NCBI RefSeq assembly: GCF_009914755.1
Contig: NC_060940.1
Source of the DNA: the human T2T-CHM13v2.0 reference genome, Homo sapiens
Length of the DNA: 64,000 nt
Reading direction: 5' to 3' (one strand)
Shown here: positions 1 through 14,442 of the stretch, one piece after another
Position numbering within the stretch: the first letter of the stretch is position 1
Layout: every line of letters starts with the position of its first letter
Notes under the pieces: generated by a model
The model's database searches: none
What the model saw: only the letters and a program-made list of their open reading frames with translations
Told to the model about the DNA's origin: nothing
Program-made: the position numbers and the translations under genes

Positions 1-174
1 CCCTTGCTTGGCCATTATAGAAATTGTTATGAGCATTCATATACATATACTGTCGTATAGGTGCAAAACTTTCTCGAAAGGATGTCGTTAGGAATGATGG
101 ATCAAAGATTAAACATGTACAAAGTTACTAGATCATGTCAAACTCTTCCAAAATGATTGTGAATGATGGCAACT

Positions 175-406
175 GTTTTTCTTCCTTTTCTCCTCCACTC
201 CATTTCTTCCTTCCCTTCCCCCTTCCCTTCCTTCCTTCCCTTCCCTCCATTTCTTCCTTCCCTTCCTTTTTCTTTCTTTTCTTCCTTCATTCCTTCTTTC
301 CCTCCTTCCTTCCCTTCCTTCCTTCTCTTTCTTTTCTTCCTTCATTCCTTCTTTCCCTCCTTCCTTCCCTTCCTTCTTTCTTTCCTATCTTCCTACCTTC
401 TTTTCT
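175..406. repeat. Polypyrimidine (CTTC/CTTT)n low-complexity tract
   Basis: ~230 bp of almost only C/T; source of the spurious ORFs 133..345, 135..650 and 163..444. Confidence 0.95.
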
Positions 407-705
407 CCACAGAAATCATTTTCTCATTACCATTGTTTTTATAACTGCACCATCACCTGTTGAGAAATCCCTCTTATTGATGGTGTCCTCTTTGTCAATT
501 AGTGTGCCCCATCCCAAGTGGATGGAGTACAGAAACCAACATAAATCAATTAGACATCAATTTGCAAGTGAGTGGAGCTGTTGCCTCTTGGATTACATGC
601 CAAAGGGACAAGATTTATGGATGTTGGTAGAACTCCTCTCCATCACATAGAGAGGTTGGGTCTTTTCTGCTTTAGAAGAAGATGAGCTCAATAGAAGCAC
701 AAACA

Positions 706-1769
706 AAAAAACCAAAAGCAATGGCAACAAAAGCCAAACTCGACAAATGGGATCTAATTAAACTAAAGAGCTTCTGCACAGCAAAAGAAACTACCATCAG
801 AGTGAACAGGCAACCTACAAAATGGGAGAAAATTTTCACAACCTACTCATCTGACAAAGGGGCTAATATCCAGAATCTACAATGAACTCAAACAAATTTA
901 CAAGAAAAAAACAAACAACCCCATCAAAAAGTGGGCAAAGGACATGAACAGACACTTCTCAAAAGAAGACATTTATGCAGCCAAAAAACACATGAAAAAA
1001 TGCTCACCATCACTGGCCATCATAGAAATGCAAATCAAAACCACAATGAGATGCCATCTCACACCAGTTAGAATGGCAATCATTAAAAAGTCAGGAAACA
1101 ACAGGTGCTGGAGAGGATGTGGAGAAATAGGAACACTTTTACACTGTTGGTGGGACTGTAAACTAGTTCAAACATTGTGGAAGTCAGTGTGGCAATTCCT
1201 CAGGGATATAGAACTAGAAATACCATTTGACCCAGCCATCCTATTACTGGGTATATACCCAAAGGACTATAAATCATGCTGCTATAAAGACACATGCACA
1301 CGTATGTTTATTGAGGCATTATTCACAATAGCAAAGACTTGGAACCAACCCAAATGTCCAACAATGATAGACTGGATTAAGAAAATGTGGCACATATACA
1401 CCATGGAATATTATGCAGCCATAAAAAATGATGAGTTCATGTCCTTTGTAGGGACATGGATGAAATTGGAAATCATCATTCTCAGTAAACTATCACAAGA
1501 ACAAAAAACCAAACACCGCATATTCTCATTCATAGGTGGGAATTGAACAATGAGAACACATGGACACAGGAAGGGGAACATCACACTCTGGGGACTGTTG
1601 TGGGGTGTGGGGAGGGGGGAGGGATAGCATTGGGAGATATACCCAATGCTAGATGACAAGTTAGTGGGTGCAGCGCACCAGCATGGCACATGTATATATA
1701 TGTAACTAACCTGCACATTGTGCACATGTACCCTAAAACTTTAAGTATAATAATAATAAAAAAAGAAAA
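706..1769 (+). mobile_element. 5'-truncated LINE-1 (L1PA2/L1PA3-like): 3' end of ORF2, 3'UTR and A-tail
   Basis: Translation matches the ORF2p C-terminus (KAMATKAK..., CWRGC/HCWWDC knuckle, HRIFS.IGGN*); 3'UTR GCTAGATGACAAGTTAGTGGGTGCAGCGCACCAGC is L1PA2/3-type, lacking the L1HS ACA/ACG diagnostic. Confidence 0.95.
944..1546 (+). pseudogene. L1 ORF2p C-terminal fragment, non-functional
   Basis: 200-aa open frame ending at the natural ORF2 stop; separated from the upstream part by an extra G at ~859-862 (GACAAAGGGGCTAAT). Confidence 0.9.
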
Positions 1770-1798
1770 TATTTCTAATAAAATGTTTTACTCCTGTA

Positions 1799-1829
<31 letters not shown>

Positions 1830-2844
1830 AGACAGAGAGATGGAGACAGGTCTGAGTACCTAATTCTAGTTCTTGATATTCTATTATGTACAGTTTTTAC
1901 TTTGTAGTGGGAAGTCCAAAATGGTCTTTAAACCACAGTCAGCCCACAGGAACACTCATTCAGCTGGGTGACACTGTGGTGTAAAATGTGGAACTTCATC
2001 ACATAATGCAAGAATCTCTGAGATGAGTTGAAAAGGAAGTGCGTTCAGAGTGAAAATGTGAGCTCTTCTAGAATGTTCCAATAAACATTCTTATGCTAAT
2101 GTGAGTTGCATTTCTGACACTTGAAACGGACCCAAAATTCCTAATATATATGCAGTGTCAAATATGTTCAATAGATACAACCAGATTGAGATAATGTATA
2201 TTTCTTGAACATCTGTCATATGTTTTCATGAGACCAAAAGCATTTTCTGTAAGGTGAAAAGAGGGAAGGACAGTGAGAATATCTTGAAGGCATTGCTGTC
2301 TCTTATTCAAGAGAGACCTACAGACTATTTCGCACATATTCATACTTCACAAATTACCACAAGGAAGACTAAGTTGACAGCCCATGCTGTATATTACAAC
2401 TAGGAGTGATTGACCTTATACATGAATGAGTCATAATTTAGAAATTTGGACAACATCCTAGGCAGCAACAGAGGTGATATTACAATCTGCACCATTTGAA
2501 GAAACGATGAACAATGACTACAACAGCGAGTATATACATACAGAGACAACATATGAAAAATAGTTGTTTAAACTAAGGATGGGTGTACTGGAGAAAATCC
2601 AGGAAGGGATTTTTCTAACATCCAAAGGCTGCAGAAAGAATAGTGTGTAATTTAATTGGATACACTAAAACTACTACATAGAAGAAACATAAAGTCTGGA
2701 TATTTATTAATTTTTATAATTGAACGATTGCAATGTTCCTACAACCCCATCATTAACATAGTATTTGATGTGAATCTTAAACATACAATGAATATACATG
2801 GTCTTCTAGGTGACTCCTAAACATATGATGAACAGGGTCATGTG

Positions 2845-3040
2845 AGTATAGCGGCAACATTATATAGGACACAAACTCTAGAGAAAGACCATTTGGTCTA
2901 AACATTGGCTCTGCTAAGCTGTGCTATCTCAGAAACATTTTAAATACCTCTGTTTTTTTTCAGATGGTTTTTATAAAAATTGAGTTACTACAAGTGAAGT
3001 TCAATAAAAAGTTCTCTCATATACGAGGTGCTCAGTAACT
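2845..3040 (+). mobile_element. MIR relic
   Basis: Degenerate similarity to MIR 5'/core (GGCTCTGCTAAGCTGTG) and 3' end (GGTGCTCAGTAA). Confidence 0.5.
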
Positions 3041-6000
3041 GTTCTTTTTTTACCTTCTCATCCTCTTGTTCCTGTCATCATTATCATTATTTCACTCTTC
3101 TGTTTTAACTTTTCAAAGTCTTCTTATCACCTATAAGATAGATTCCAAGCCCCTTTTATATTATCTTGTTATATAACGTCTGACTTTTCTCTCTGGCCAA
3201 ATTACTTCTCATCTCTACCTCCCCCATTCTATCTTTAATTTTCCACACCACTTCCAGTTACCCTGAAATGTTTTTCTTTGCAGATGCTGGGTTATACCCC
3301 ACCTCCTTTATTTTACTTTATTTTGCCATACACTAGTTGGACATTATTTTTTCTATTAAATATTTAGGGAAAAGATGAACCCTACCATCAACTGTGCTAA
3401 ATCTATGTCTGACATAAAATTCTAATATGGAACGTGTTATAGTGTATGATGTTGGATTTTAAGTCTTTTCCAAGAGTGGATTGCAAACCCTTAAAAGAGA
3501 AGGACTATGTCTCTTTTACCTAGGATAGCATTTGACTCATTGAATATACTCATTTAATGCAAAGCTTGCTGAACTAAGAAAAGTTTAACAAGAAAAAAAA
3601 AGTCTCACAAATAGAAGTATACATCCTTAGGATGCTCTCACAATGACTCCCCAATACCTTATCATCCCATAGTCTGAAGTCAAATGACACCTTAAGGAGT
3701 CCATCTCATTCTGTATTTCAGACACTTTCTTTCACAGATCTTAGGTGTCTTTGCTATACTAATTTATTTACTTGTCTGGGGATTGCTTACTTGGCTTTTT
3801 TTTATGTGTTTTGTTTTTGTCTTTCTCAATTATTTTAAGCTACCTAGGGAGTAGAAAATGTTAATTATATCCCCCACTCTGAAGTTAGGCAAACTCAAAG
3901 TAGACACTCAATGAACAGTTGTTAAATTTAAAATTGAATATTGATATACATAGCCAAGCACAGACATAACCACTTGTCAAATATATCTTGGAAATTGATT
4001 CAGCGATGGTGTGGAAATTTGGAAGATGTTACCAAACCCTAACATTTTTCTTCAGTGCAACATAGAATCACCCTCCTGAATCCTAGCACCACAGAATGTG
4101 TGAGCAAGAACATGCTGAAATGTGTGTTATGCAATTCAGCCAACTCCAATGCTGCCCCCAGTACATTTCCCTTTTGCCAATTACAGAACTCATCTGTTCT
4201 CTTTGCCATGTAGTTATTGAGCTTTTCTTGGCCTGGCGTGCCACTCAGGGCCAGCCCAGGCATTAAGTTGACTGTCTGGCCTTCATTAGCTGCATCTAAT
4301 TCATTCCCCAGAAAACACCCCCAGGCCATAAAATGCATCTGTGTGTTGTTTTTATTAGGTCATCTGATTGAGCAGATGCTGATGGCTCTAAAAAAGGAGT
4401 ATTTCCCCTGCCAACCTTAATTTGTTCTGTTTCCATTGCAGGCAGGACCCATCAATAGTGCTATTTCTGTGTTTTCATGTACTATTTCAGACCACATAGT
4501 TATTTCTGTATTAGAATATCTAAAGTGCAGAGCTATTTTTGAGAGTCACCTGATGACTCTTCTTTAACATGCCACTGATTCAGAGATTCCATAAGCATTT
4601 TGCTAACGTCCTCAGTCCCATGTCATACTACACTGTCTCCACTAGACTTTTCCAAACAGGGATTGCTGCCCACATGTTATCAATGTCACCAACGGGCCTT
4701 CTCCCTTAAAAGATTCTCCAACTATGAAACAAGTTGGCTTAGGATTTCTATAGCAAGCGATCTCGCTAAACACAGGATCTCATAATTCCAGGCTTAAAAG
4801 GGACGCAACTTTTTTTTTTCTCATTGCCAGTCCCTTATGATGCTTAAATTCCCTCTAATATTTCCCAAATATAGATGTCCAATCTCTTCCTGAGTGATTG
4901 CATTGATCTCCCTTTTTAAAGGCTGTTTATTAATTTTTGACATGGGAAGGGTATAAAGGCAGAGATGCTCACTTTTCAGATTTCCTTTTTGTATGCTGAG
5001 GTAAAAACTGCCTGTCTTTGACTTCCTTTCACTACCACTCCTGACGTATCAGAATAGCCACATTATTGTCCTTTCAATAGTAACAGCTACCCTCACCCAA
5101 AATTCTGTTCATCTCATTTCCTAGCTATTGCCTACTTTGCCTCAGATGTAGTGATAAGACAATTCATAGCCCCAAACAGGCATGGAAAATCCTATTTATG
5201 AGTGAAAATTCTTCTCAGTGAGATAGTAGTTATGACTAAGTGCAAGTTAAAGCAATGATTAATTTGAAAAAGCCGTGGAATTCTTGCTTTTTTGTTGACA
5301 GGATATTGGAAGACTAGAACGCCGCCCTTACCCTCGGAGGTGCCATCTACTTTCTCTAAATCTCACACTGATGTTCAAGGCTTGGGGCTTATATTTCACT
5401 CCATTTCCCTTTTCCAAATTTCATCGGAAATAGGCAAAAGGTGGCTGATATTCAAAAGGATGCCAATGGGCAAGGAGGAGAAAAGAAAAGGAGCCAGATC
5501 AATTGTACCTCCATTTTCATTCTTGTAGAGAGGGTCAGCAGCCCCAGATCCTTTAACCAGCTGGTTTACGCTGGAGGTTAAAATCTTCCTCAGGATTTAG
5601 GCCTTCACAAAGCTGCATTAGTTATTTCAGGCCACTCGGTCTTGTACTGTATTAGTGCTTTGTTAATTGGTATCCTAGTGGCTTAAAAACGTCATATAAA
5701 TCCAGTGAAATCTGTGTGCAGTCAGCACGCCTTGAAAAAAAATTCAATGTGGCAAGTAGCTCAAAGCCCCTGAGGATCGATAGGAGTTATCTGGGCAGAG
5801 ATTTCATTGTATTTATATTACACACCTTGCCTCCTTCAAGCTGTTGCCTGGTTTTCTTGATCTGACATGTGGGACTGAGGACAAAGCCAAGGTCAAAAAC
5901 CAGGAGGTAAGCTGAAGGCCGGAGGCATTTTGCATGCCTGTGACTAGCATGACCAAACCTCAGGAAGAGTCTCAGATGCTTCTGAGTCACTGCCTCAATC

Positions 6001-6633
6001 CCAATACTATTTAGCAAGAGAAAAGGCCATTTTTATTGAGGTTGTGTGGCAGCAAATCTAGCAAGAAACACACTCACTTTATATGACACGATTTTTTCTT
6101 TATTATTTTAGACTGCAATATGTCTTTCCATAATCAGGTCAGATCAATTCATATTGGTTCTCAATTTCCTCTCCAACCTCTTATAAGATGTGATGGACAA
6201 TGACTGTGAGAAGGAGAAAAATAAGAAGTGAAAGAATTGACTTAAATTTACAAGACAGACAGACTCTGAGTATATTAAATTATATACATGAAAATAGATA
6301 GTAATAAAATACAAGGGTCAAATGGATTCAATGAGGAGAGGAGTTGAATCTTGGTGTTTAAATCCATGAGAGAAATCAGCCACAAATAGGCAGATCCTTT
6401 AAAAATATTTAAGTTTACAGGTTGTTTAATGATTACCACTTTTTCCTAATGGTGCAGTCTTTTTGCGATATTGCAAAAGATAGCTAAATATCTAAATATC
6501 TGTTTAACAAACAGAAAAGATTAATGACACCAGATAAGTAAGGATAGAATATGTTTTTAACTGATTTCAAAAGCCTCATCTTTTTGTATTTATTTCCTAC
6601 TCTAAAACCTGCAGTGACTTCCATTCCCTATGG

Positions 6634-6961
6634 CTGCGCTGTCTAATACCGTAGTCAATAGCCACATGAGGCTAACGAGCACTAAAAATGTAGTTAGTGT
6701 GATGGAGGAACTGAATTTGGCATCTGAATCTAGATGAGCTGTAAGTGCAAAATGCACATAGAAAGTAAAAAAATATGAAAAAGAATATTATACAAATAAC
6801 ATTTCATACAGATTACAAATTCAAATAATACAATTTTAGATATATTGAATTCAAATACATTAAAATTTATTTTACCTATTTATTTTGCTTTTTAAATGTG
6901 ACTACTAGAAAACTCAAAATTAAATATGTGGCTTGCATTATTTTTTAATTGAACAATGCTG
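6634..6961 (-). mobile_element. MER33 (hAT-Charlie non-autonomous DNA transposon)
   Basis: Termini CTGCGCTGTCTAATA and TTGAACAATGCTG; internal TAGCCACATGAGGCTA and AATGTGACTACTAGAAAA; ~330 bp. Confidence 0.85.
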
Positions 6962-7029
6962 CTGTGAAGCATAAGTCTGAACTTTCATCTGACTTTTTAA
7001 AGCCTTCTAAGATTGGGTAGCCACATAAG

Positions 7030-7760
7030 CTACAATTCATTCATTCATAAAACACTTACAGGAGCATTTGCTCTATTCCAGGCCCTAGAACAGTTTGTGG
7101 AATTCAGAGAAGAGATGAAGGCTGGAGATATAGAGTTTGGAGGTATCAGTTTGCATAATTAAAATCTTAGCAATAGACGATGGTGCCCAGGGAAAGTGAG
7201 TAGTGAATAAAGAAACTATAATTCAAAACTAAAAAATAATTGAAATTGATTTAAAAAAGGGAGAAGGAGAGTCTCCAAAAGCAACTGAGAAGGAATAGAA
7301 AGATCTTTAGGAAGAGATCAAGGGGAGAAGTACGCCAAATCTGGACTTACTGAGAAGGATCAGTAAGTTTATAGGGAGTAGAGCATTCTTTAGTTGCAAC
7401 TAATATTTAGCTTTAAATTCATGGTGATGATGTTGTTGTGAAAAAAAAATCATTCATATTTGGAAAATCCAATTCAATGAGCTTTATAGAGCATATCCTT
7501 AGCTTGTACCAAGGTCTGAGACATACAGACACTAATAGGCACAATCTCAGTCTAATAATTTTCTAGTTTAGCCAGGAAGATATGTTAGCATTGAAACAAC
7601 TAAGTTAGAGTGAGAATGAGATAGTCCCTAGGATAAGTGTGCAATCAGACAAGGGAGGGGAAAATCCCCACTGGAAACTAAGAGGAAATGCTTTTGGATG
7701 CAAATAAAGAGCATCTTGAAGAATGACCACAATTTCAGTGGTCAGTTGAAATGGAAAGCA
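7030..7760 (-). mobile_element. L2 fragments
   Basis: CATTCATTCA L2 tail, GGCTGGAGATATAGAGTTTGGAGG and other degenerate L2 3' motifs. Confidence 0.55.
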
Positions 7761-8647
7761 CAAAACTCTTCCAATTCCTGAGGTGCCTGGATGTATGTAG
7801 ATTTGGGTTGCAGACTAATGACAAATCCAGCAAGGTCTTAAATACTTCCAAGGAATTTTGTCAGAAATTAAAAGGAAAATGATGGATAATCTAAGAGTTG
7901 AGAAAAAATGAAACCTAAAAATTATTGCAATAATATTTGCTGATATAACTTCTGCCTGGTCATGGCAAGCATGACTGCAAATGTTCAAGATTCAGAGTCA
8001 GAGGGGAAATAAGAACTAAGACAATACTGAATGTTTCAGTGGATATTTAGAATCTCTTTAATTAGATGAATGTCATTGTGCAGGTGGTCTACTGGAAGAA
8101 GGGAAATAAAAGTTTGTTAATACAGACATCTGTGAGGAACACTGACTGTTCTTTGAGGGAGTAACCTGGAAAATTTGAAAATGAAACCCCTCCCAGTAGC
8201 CTGGTCTCGGCTCTATGAAGACTGATTTACCAACATGTACAGTGGACCTCTGAGGAAAGAAGCAGCCATTTCAGAGCCCTTAATGTGAATGCATAGGCTG
8301 TGATTATTAGGAAGTGTTAAAAGCACTGGCTGGCAGCTTAGATAAACAAGAATTTGAACCATCACAAATAACCAGGGGGAAGTGGCATTTGTTAGTATTC
8401 TGGAAGATGTTAAATCCATAGCAAATGAAAGTCTTAGCATTGACTGTTTCAGGCAACTTAGCCGTAACCTCAATGCTAAAAAACAGAACACATAGAGGAG
8501 CGTTACCAATATTTATCAAGCTTCCCCTTTATGTCTGACATTTTCAAGTGGATTGACTCATTTTATCATATGAAGTAGTTGTATTAAAGCATTCTTCAGC
8601 CCCACCCCGCAAAAAAAAAAAAAAAAAAAACAGAAAACAAAACAAAA

Positions 8648-9943
<1,296 letters not shown>

Positions 9944-10342
9944 AAAACAAAACAAAGAAAAAAAACTGTCAGTCTGAAGTTGAACTCAATTCTGAAGTGG
10001 CTCCAAAGTCCTTGCAATGCCTTGTCAATGCTAAGTCATTTTCTTTTTTCTTTCTTATGGAGAGCTAGAGGAAAAGATGGAAATACATAATTTATTCTTT
10101 ACCAATTATATGCAAGATATGCTGGTGCTGGTGTCCCTGATATACATAATTTACTTAATCTGAACAACTTTAATTGATGCAAAGTGTTAGGTGTTTGCTC
10201 CATCCTATCCTTCTATGTGATGAATTTGGGAGGTTAGCGAGAATGTACTCAGAGATAAATGAGTTAATCAGGACTTTTCTCAGCTTCTTTTGGAGGTCTT
10301 GCCATAAAAGCAGGCTGGGAAGTAGACTAATGTTCTACTTTA

Positions 10343-10510
10343 ATGGCTTCCCAAATCCTGCTACATTTTAAAGTCACCTGGGGAGCTTTTTAAATAGCTC
10401 TCATGCTAAGATTCCACACCCCGAGACATTCTGATTTGATTGGGCTGTGGAGGGCACACTGGTACTATTGAAAATTCCCCCCAGGGGTCTGGGACACAGC
10501 CAGAGTAACT
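10343..10510. mobile_element. MER5-family DNA transposon relic
   Basis: TCACCTGGGGAGCTTTTTAAA...ATTCTGATTTGATTGG motifs typical of MER5A/MER5A1. Confidence 0.65.
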
Positions 10511-11384
10511 CAATAATATCAGAGTTAAGAGGGGGGAGTGGTCAAAATCACATTAATACCAGGAACATACTTTTCTTATTTGGAAATAGACTGTATTGTC
10601 TTCTGAGCAAAGAAATGTTGACTCTGTCTAGATCAGTCTCTTCCTCAAAATTTCAGGAAGAATCTGACCACAACCATGAATGGGCAGAGACTTGACTGCA
10701 TGTGTAGCTTTTGCACTCTTTCCACCATGCAGGACCACACTCTACAAAGCCCTAGAAGTCTGGGCAGAGTCTGCACTCCATTAGCATGGTGTTCAGGCTG
10801 GACATGATAGGATTTACCTGATTCAAAGATTACAAAATGGCCAGGAGTCCTTTCTCAGTTCATGAGAAGTTGAGTTTCTCTGGGGAAGAAGAAAAGTGTT
10901 CTTAAATAAGAGTAGATGAAAGAAGAGGCAGGAGAAGATTAGAGAACTATAGGGCATTAGAGGATGGAGGATGGTCCATATGGATAAACTTCAGAAACCT
11001 AAGATATGGTGTATGATCCTCCTCCTCCACCCATCTTGGGTGTCACAAGGGATGAGTAGAGTTAGACCCAAGAGTTTTTTTTTTTTTTTTTTTTTTAGTT
11101 AATCTTTTACCTGCATTGATTTGAGCATGCTTCAAGCACTTTAAGTAAAAGAATGTATAAGTCTGTGTTGGTGGGTACTGTTTGACATAAGGGCAAAGTC
11201 CATAGAAGTTCTACGGAAGCTCAGGATGGACTTCAGATCACTGAGTTTGAGGCTGTCTCATAATTACCATGTGGATGTTGAAATGAAGCAGAAGCCATGA
11301 GGTAAATTTCCCTGGCCCATTCCTCATGGTACAATGAGAAATACCCATCCTTGAAAAAGACACCAAGGTACTGTAGCTGTCAGG

Positions 11385-11510
11385 CAGATCACAGTGTCCC
11401 TATCTAACAAGGCTCAGAGAGGTCGGACAGCTTGCCTAGGTTACTACACTAAGTGGCTGAGCCAAGACTCAAATCCAAGTCAGTCCAAAATCTTTCCAGA
11501 ACCACACCAT
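11385..11510 (-). mobile_element. MIR relic
   Basis: AGGCTCAGAGAGGT...CTTGCCTAGGTTAC...TAAGTGGCTGAGCCAAGACTCAAATCCAAGTC. Confidence 0.7.
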
Positions 11511-11580
11511 GAACACTTTGTCTTTTTCCTTCCATCACTGGCTTTATGAGCCAGATAAAAAACAGGAGTAGCTAAGCATC

Positions 11581-11800
11581 TTTTTTTTTTTTTGCTTTAT
11601 TAGTAGTGTTAATTGATGCCCCAAAGTTGTACATATTTATGAGGTATAGTATATTTCAATGCATGTATACATTGTATAATGGTATAATGATCAAATCAAG
11701 GCATAGCTATCAACTCAATTAGCACATCCATCGACTCAAACATTTATCATTTTTTTTTGTGCTGGGAACATTAAAAATCTGGTTTAATTATTTGAAAATA
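11581..11800 (-). mobile_element. L1MA-type 3' end fragment
   Basis: Poly-T, then TTGTACATATTTATGAGGTA...ATAATGATCAAATCAAG...CATTTATCATTT, the reverse of an L1MA 3'UTR. Confidence 0.75.
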
Positions 11801-12061
11801 GGCATTTTTAATCTAAAACCTCTTCTTCAAGTATATATACAGTTAAAATCTCTGTAACACTGGGAAGAGGGAGGGAGTAGATCCCTGGATAGGGAAGTAG
11901 ACACTTACAGGATTGTTTTCTACTGACTTTAGAGGAGAAAGAGGAAGCAAGATGTGTGTCTTCTGTTGCCTTGTTGTCACCAGGGCATTCTAGAGAAGAT
12001 CAATGAGCGTCACCTCCACTTCTTCTCCTCTTATATTCCTATTGTTCCTTATACTCTCTGG

Positions 12062-12259
12062 CAGTGATTCTCAAATTTGAGCATGCTTAAGAATAATGTA
12101 TGGTGCTTGAGAAAACACAGGTTGTTGGCAACACTCCTGGAATTACTAGTTCAAGCATTCTGGGGTGAATCCCAAGAAAGTTGCATTTCTAACAAGTTTC
12201 TAGCTGCTGCGGCTGCTGATGATGACGATGATGATTAGAGAACAGCTTTGAGACTGTTG
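12062..12259 (-). mobile_element. MER5A
   Basis: TIR CAGTGATTCTCAAA; TTGCATTTCTAACAAG; imperfect 8-bp TSD CTCTCTGG/CTCTGAGG; internal (GCT)n/(GAT)n expansion. Confidence 0.85.
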
Positions 12260-12905
12260 CTCTGAGGCCTGTTTATGGCCTTAAATTTGGTCAAACATCA
12301 ATTGGCAAAGTTAAAAACAACAACAATAAAACAAAAAAAAAAACAAGTCAGTTTCTGGACAACACCCAGGACAGCTGAATCATAATCATTGGACTAAATG
12401 ATACCTGGGTCCTTTCCCACTTTTTCATTCCATGACATTCTTAAAAGATTAAGAATAATGAGAATCCAGCGATGCCTGCAAACAGTCAAATCTCAATTTT
12501 TTTTTTTAACTTTCCTGGCATGTATATCACTTAATAAGACCACCAAATTACTAGTATTTTGATAATGGCTATTTTGATGTCACAGTAGAAAAAGCAGGTC
12601 TTTGGAATTAAACAGATTCAGATCTTCCATTTGCATGTGTGTAAGCTGGAGATAACATAATTATTTAATTTTATGATGATTATACAGCTCTTTCACATAG
12701 CATCTAATATGTAAATTTATTTTTTTATAAAAATAGAATAGTGTCATTCTTTATTCATGTGTTCCATAAATATCATTAATTTTGTATATCTGACACTCAT
12801 AGGATTTAATGCCACAATTGTTTATGGTATATTACATTGTATAATTGGAGAAAATGTGTTGTTTATGAAATGTGAAATGTAATATTTTTTTTTCCTTTTT
12901 CTTTT

Positions 12906-13207
12906 GCCAGGAGTGATGGCTCACGCCTGTAATGCCAGCACTTTGGGAGGCCAAGGCAGGCAGGTCACCCGAAGTCAGGAGTTTGAGACCAGTGTGGCCA
13001 ACATGGTGAAAGCCTGTCTGTACTAAAAATACAAAAATTTGCTGGGCATGGTGGCATGCACCTGTAGTCCCAGCTACTCGGGAGGCTGAGGCAGGAGAAT
13101 TGCTTGAACCTAGAAGCAGGGGTTGCAGTGAGACAAGATTGCACCACTGCAACATAGCTTGGGTGACAGAGTGAGACTCTGTCTCAATCAGTCAATCAAT
13201 CGATAAA
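12906..13207 (+). mobile_element. AluS with tail converted to (TCAA)n
   Basis: Full dimeric Alu; flanking repeat AATATTTTTTTT near 12881 and 13206. Confidence 0.95.
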
Positions 13208-14078
13208 ATATTTTTTTTCAAATCAAGGTATCCTTAATTGCAATGTTAACAGTGATGAAAGGACACAGTGTCCAAGACCACAGTGACCTTTTTCTTTTGA
13301 TTATTTCAGCAGAAGAGTAGGAAATGAGAAAGCAAATATTTTCTTGTGAACTCTAGACTTATGGAGGCTTTGGGCAAACAAGTCAATATTATTATCCTTA
13401 CTTCAAGTTAGGGCTTCTGCAAGCCTACCCTAAAGGGTCAGATACAAGGAATCTCCAAAAGTTGTTCTCTAGCTATACTTCTAGCTGAGGGCAAAAGCAG
13501 CAGCTCCTGCTCATTTGTGAGTCAAGCAGGTGTTGAAATTCAAGCTTCTACAAGTTATGATGAAACTGCAGTGGGGAGTGAGTCACACAGGATCCCAGAG
13601 GCCCATTGCCGGTGTCAGGAAGCTAATGGATTATGCTCGCCACACAGGGATGCCAGGCCATGTAGGTGGCCTGACCTGGTTTGGCTGTGCAGAGCAGGAG
13701 ATGCCTCTAATACCCAGCCAGGGCTGGGTTTCATGCAGCCCTGGAAAGTTTTCTCCAAGCAACTCTGACCCCAAGGAAAATGCTGCTTTTGCAGACTGAA
13801 AGCCTTGAAATTGCTTTAAAATGATTTGGTGAAGGCAACCTTGACTCAGGTCTCCCCAGGAGCAGGAGGATTCTGCTGTGAAATGACAGCAGGACACTGA
13901 GAACTTTCCATATACTTTACATGCCAGATCTCAATCTTTGCAACTACCTACTATATAATTATACACAATTTAAATATATTAGCTTATTTTATATAATCGT
14001 TTTATGCAGGAGATCTCTGAGATTTTATGAAATGGTGTAACTTAAATAGATTTACCCAGCAAGCAAGGGTTCATGTAG

Positions 14079-14442
<364 letters not shown>

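Noticed and set aside
133-650. ORFs of 70-171 aa
   Set aside because: Translations of the CT-rich simple repeat.
8611-8630. Isolated A20 run as a processed-pseudogene tail (also 11075, 20073, 52134)
   Set aside because: No upstream ORF, poly(A) signal or TSD.
13655-13673. CTCF-like GGCCATGTAGGTGGCCTG
   Set aside because: Two mismatches in the core 5' positions; too weak alone.
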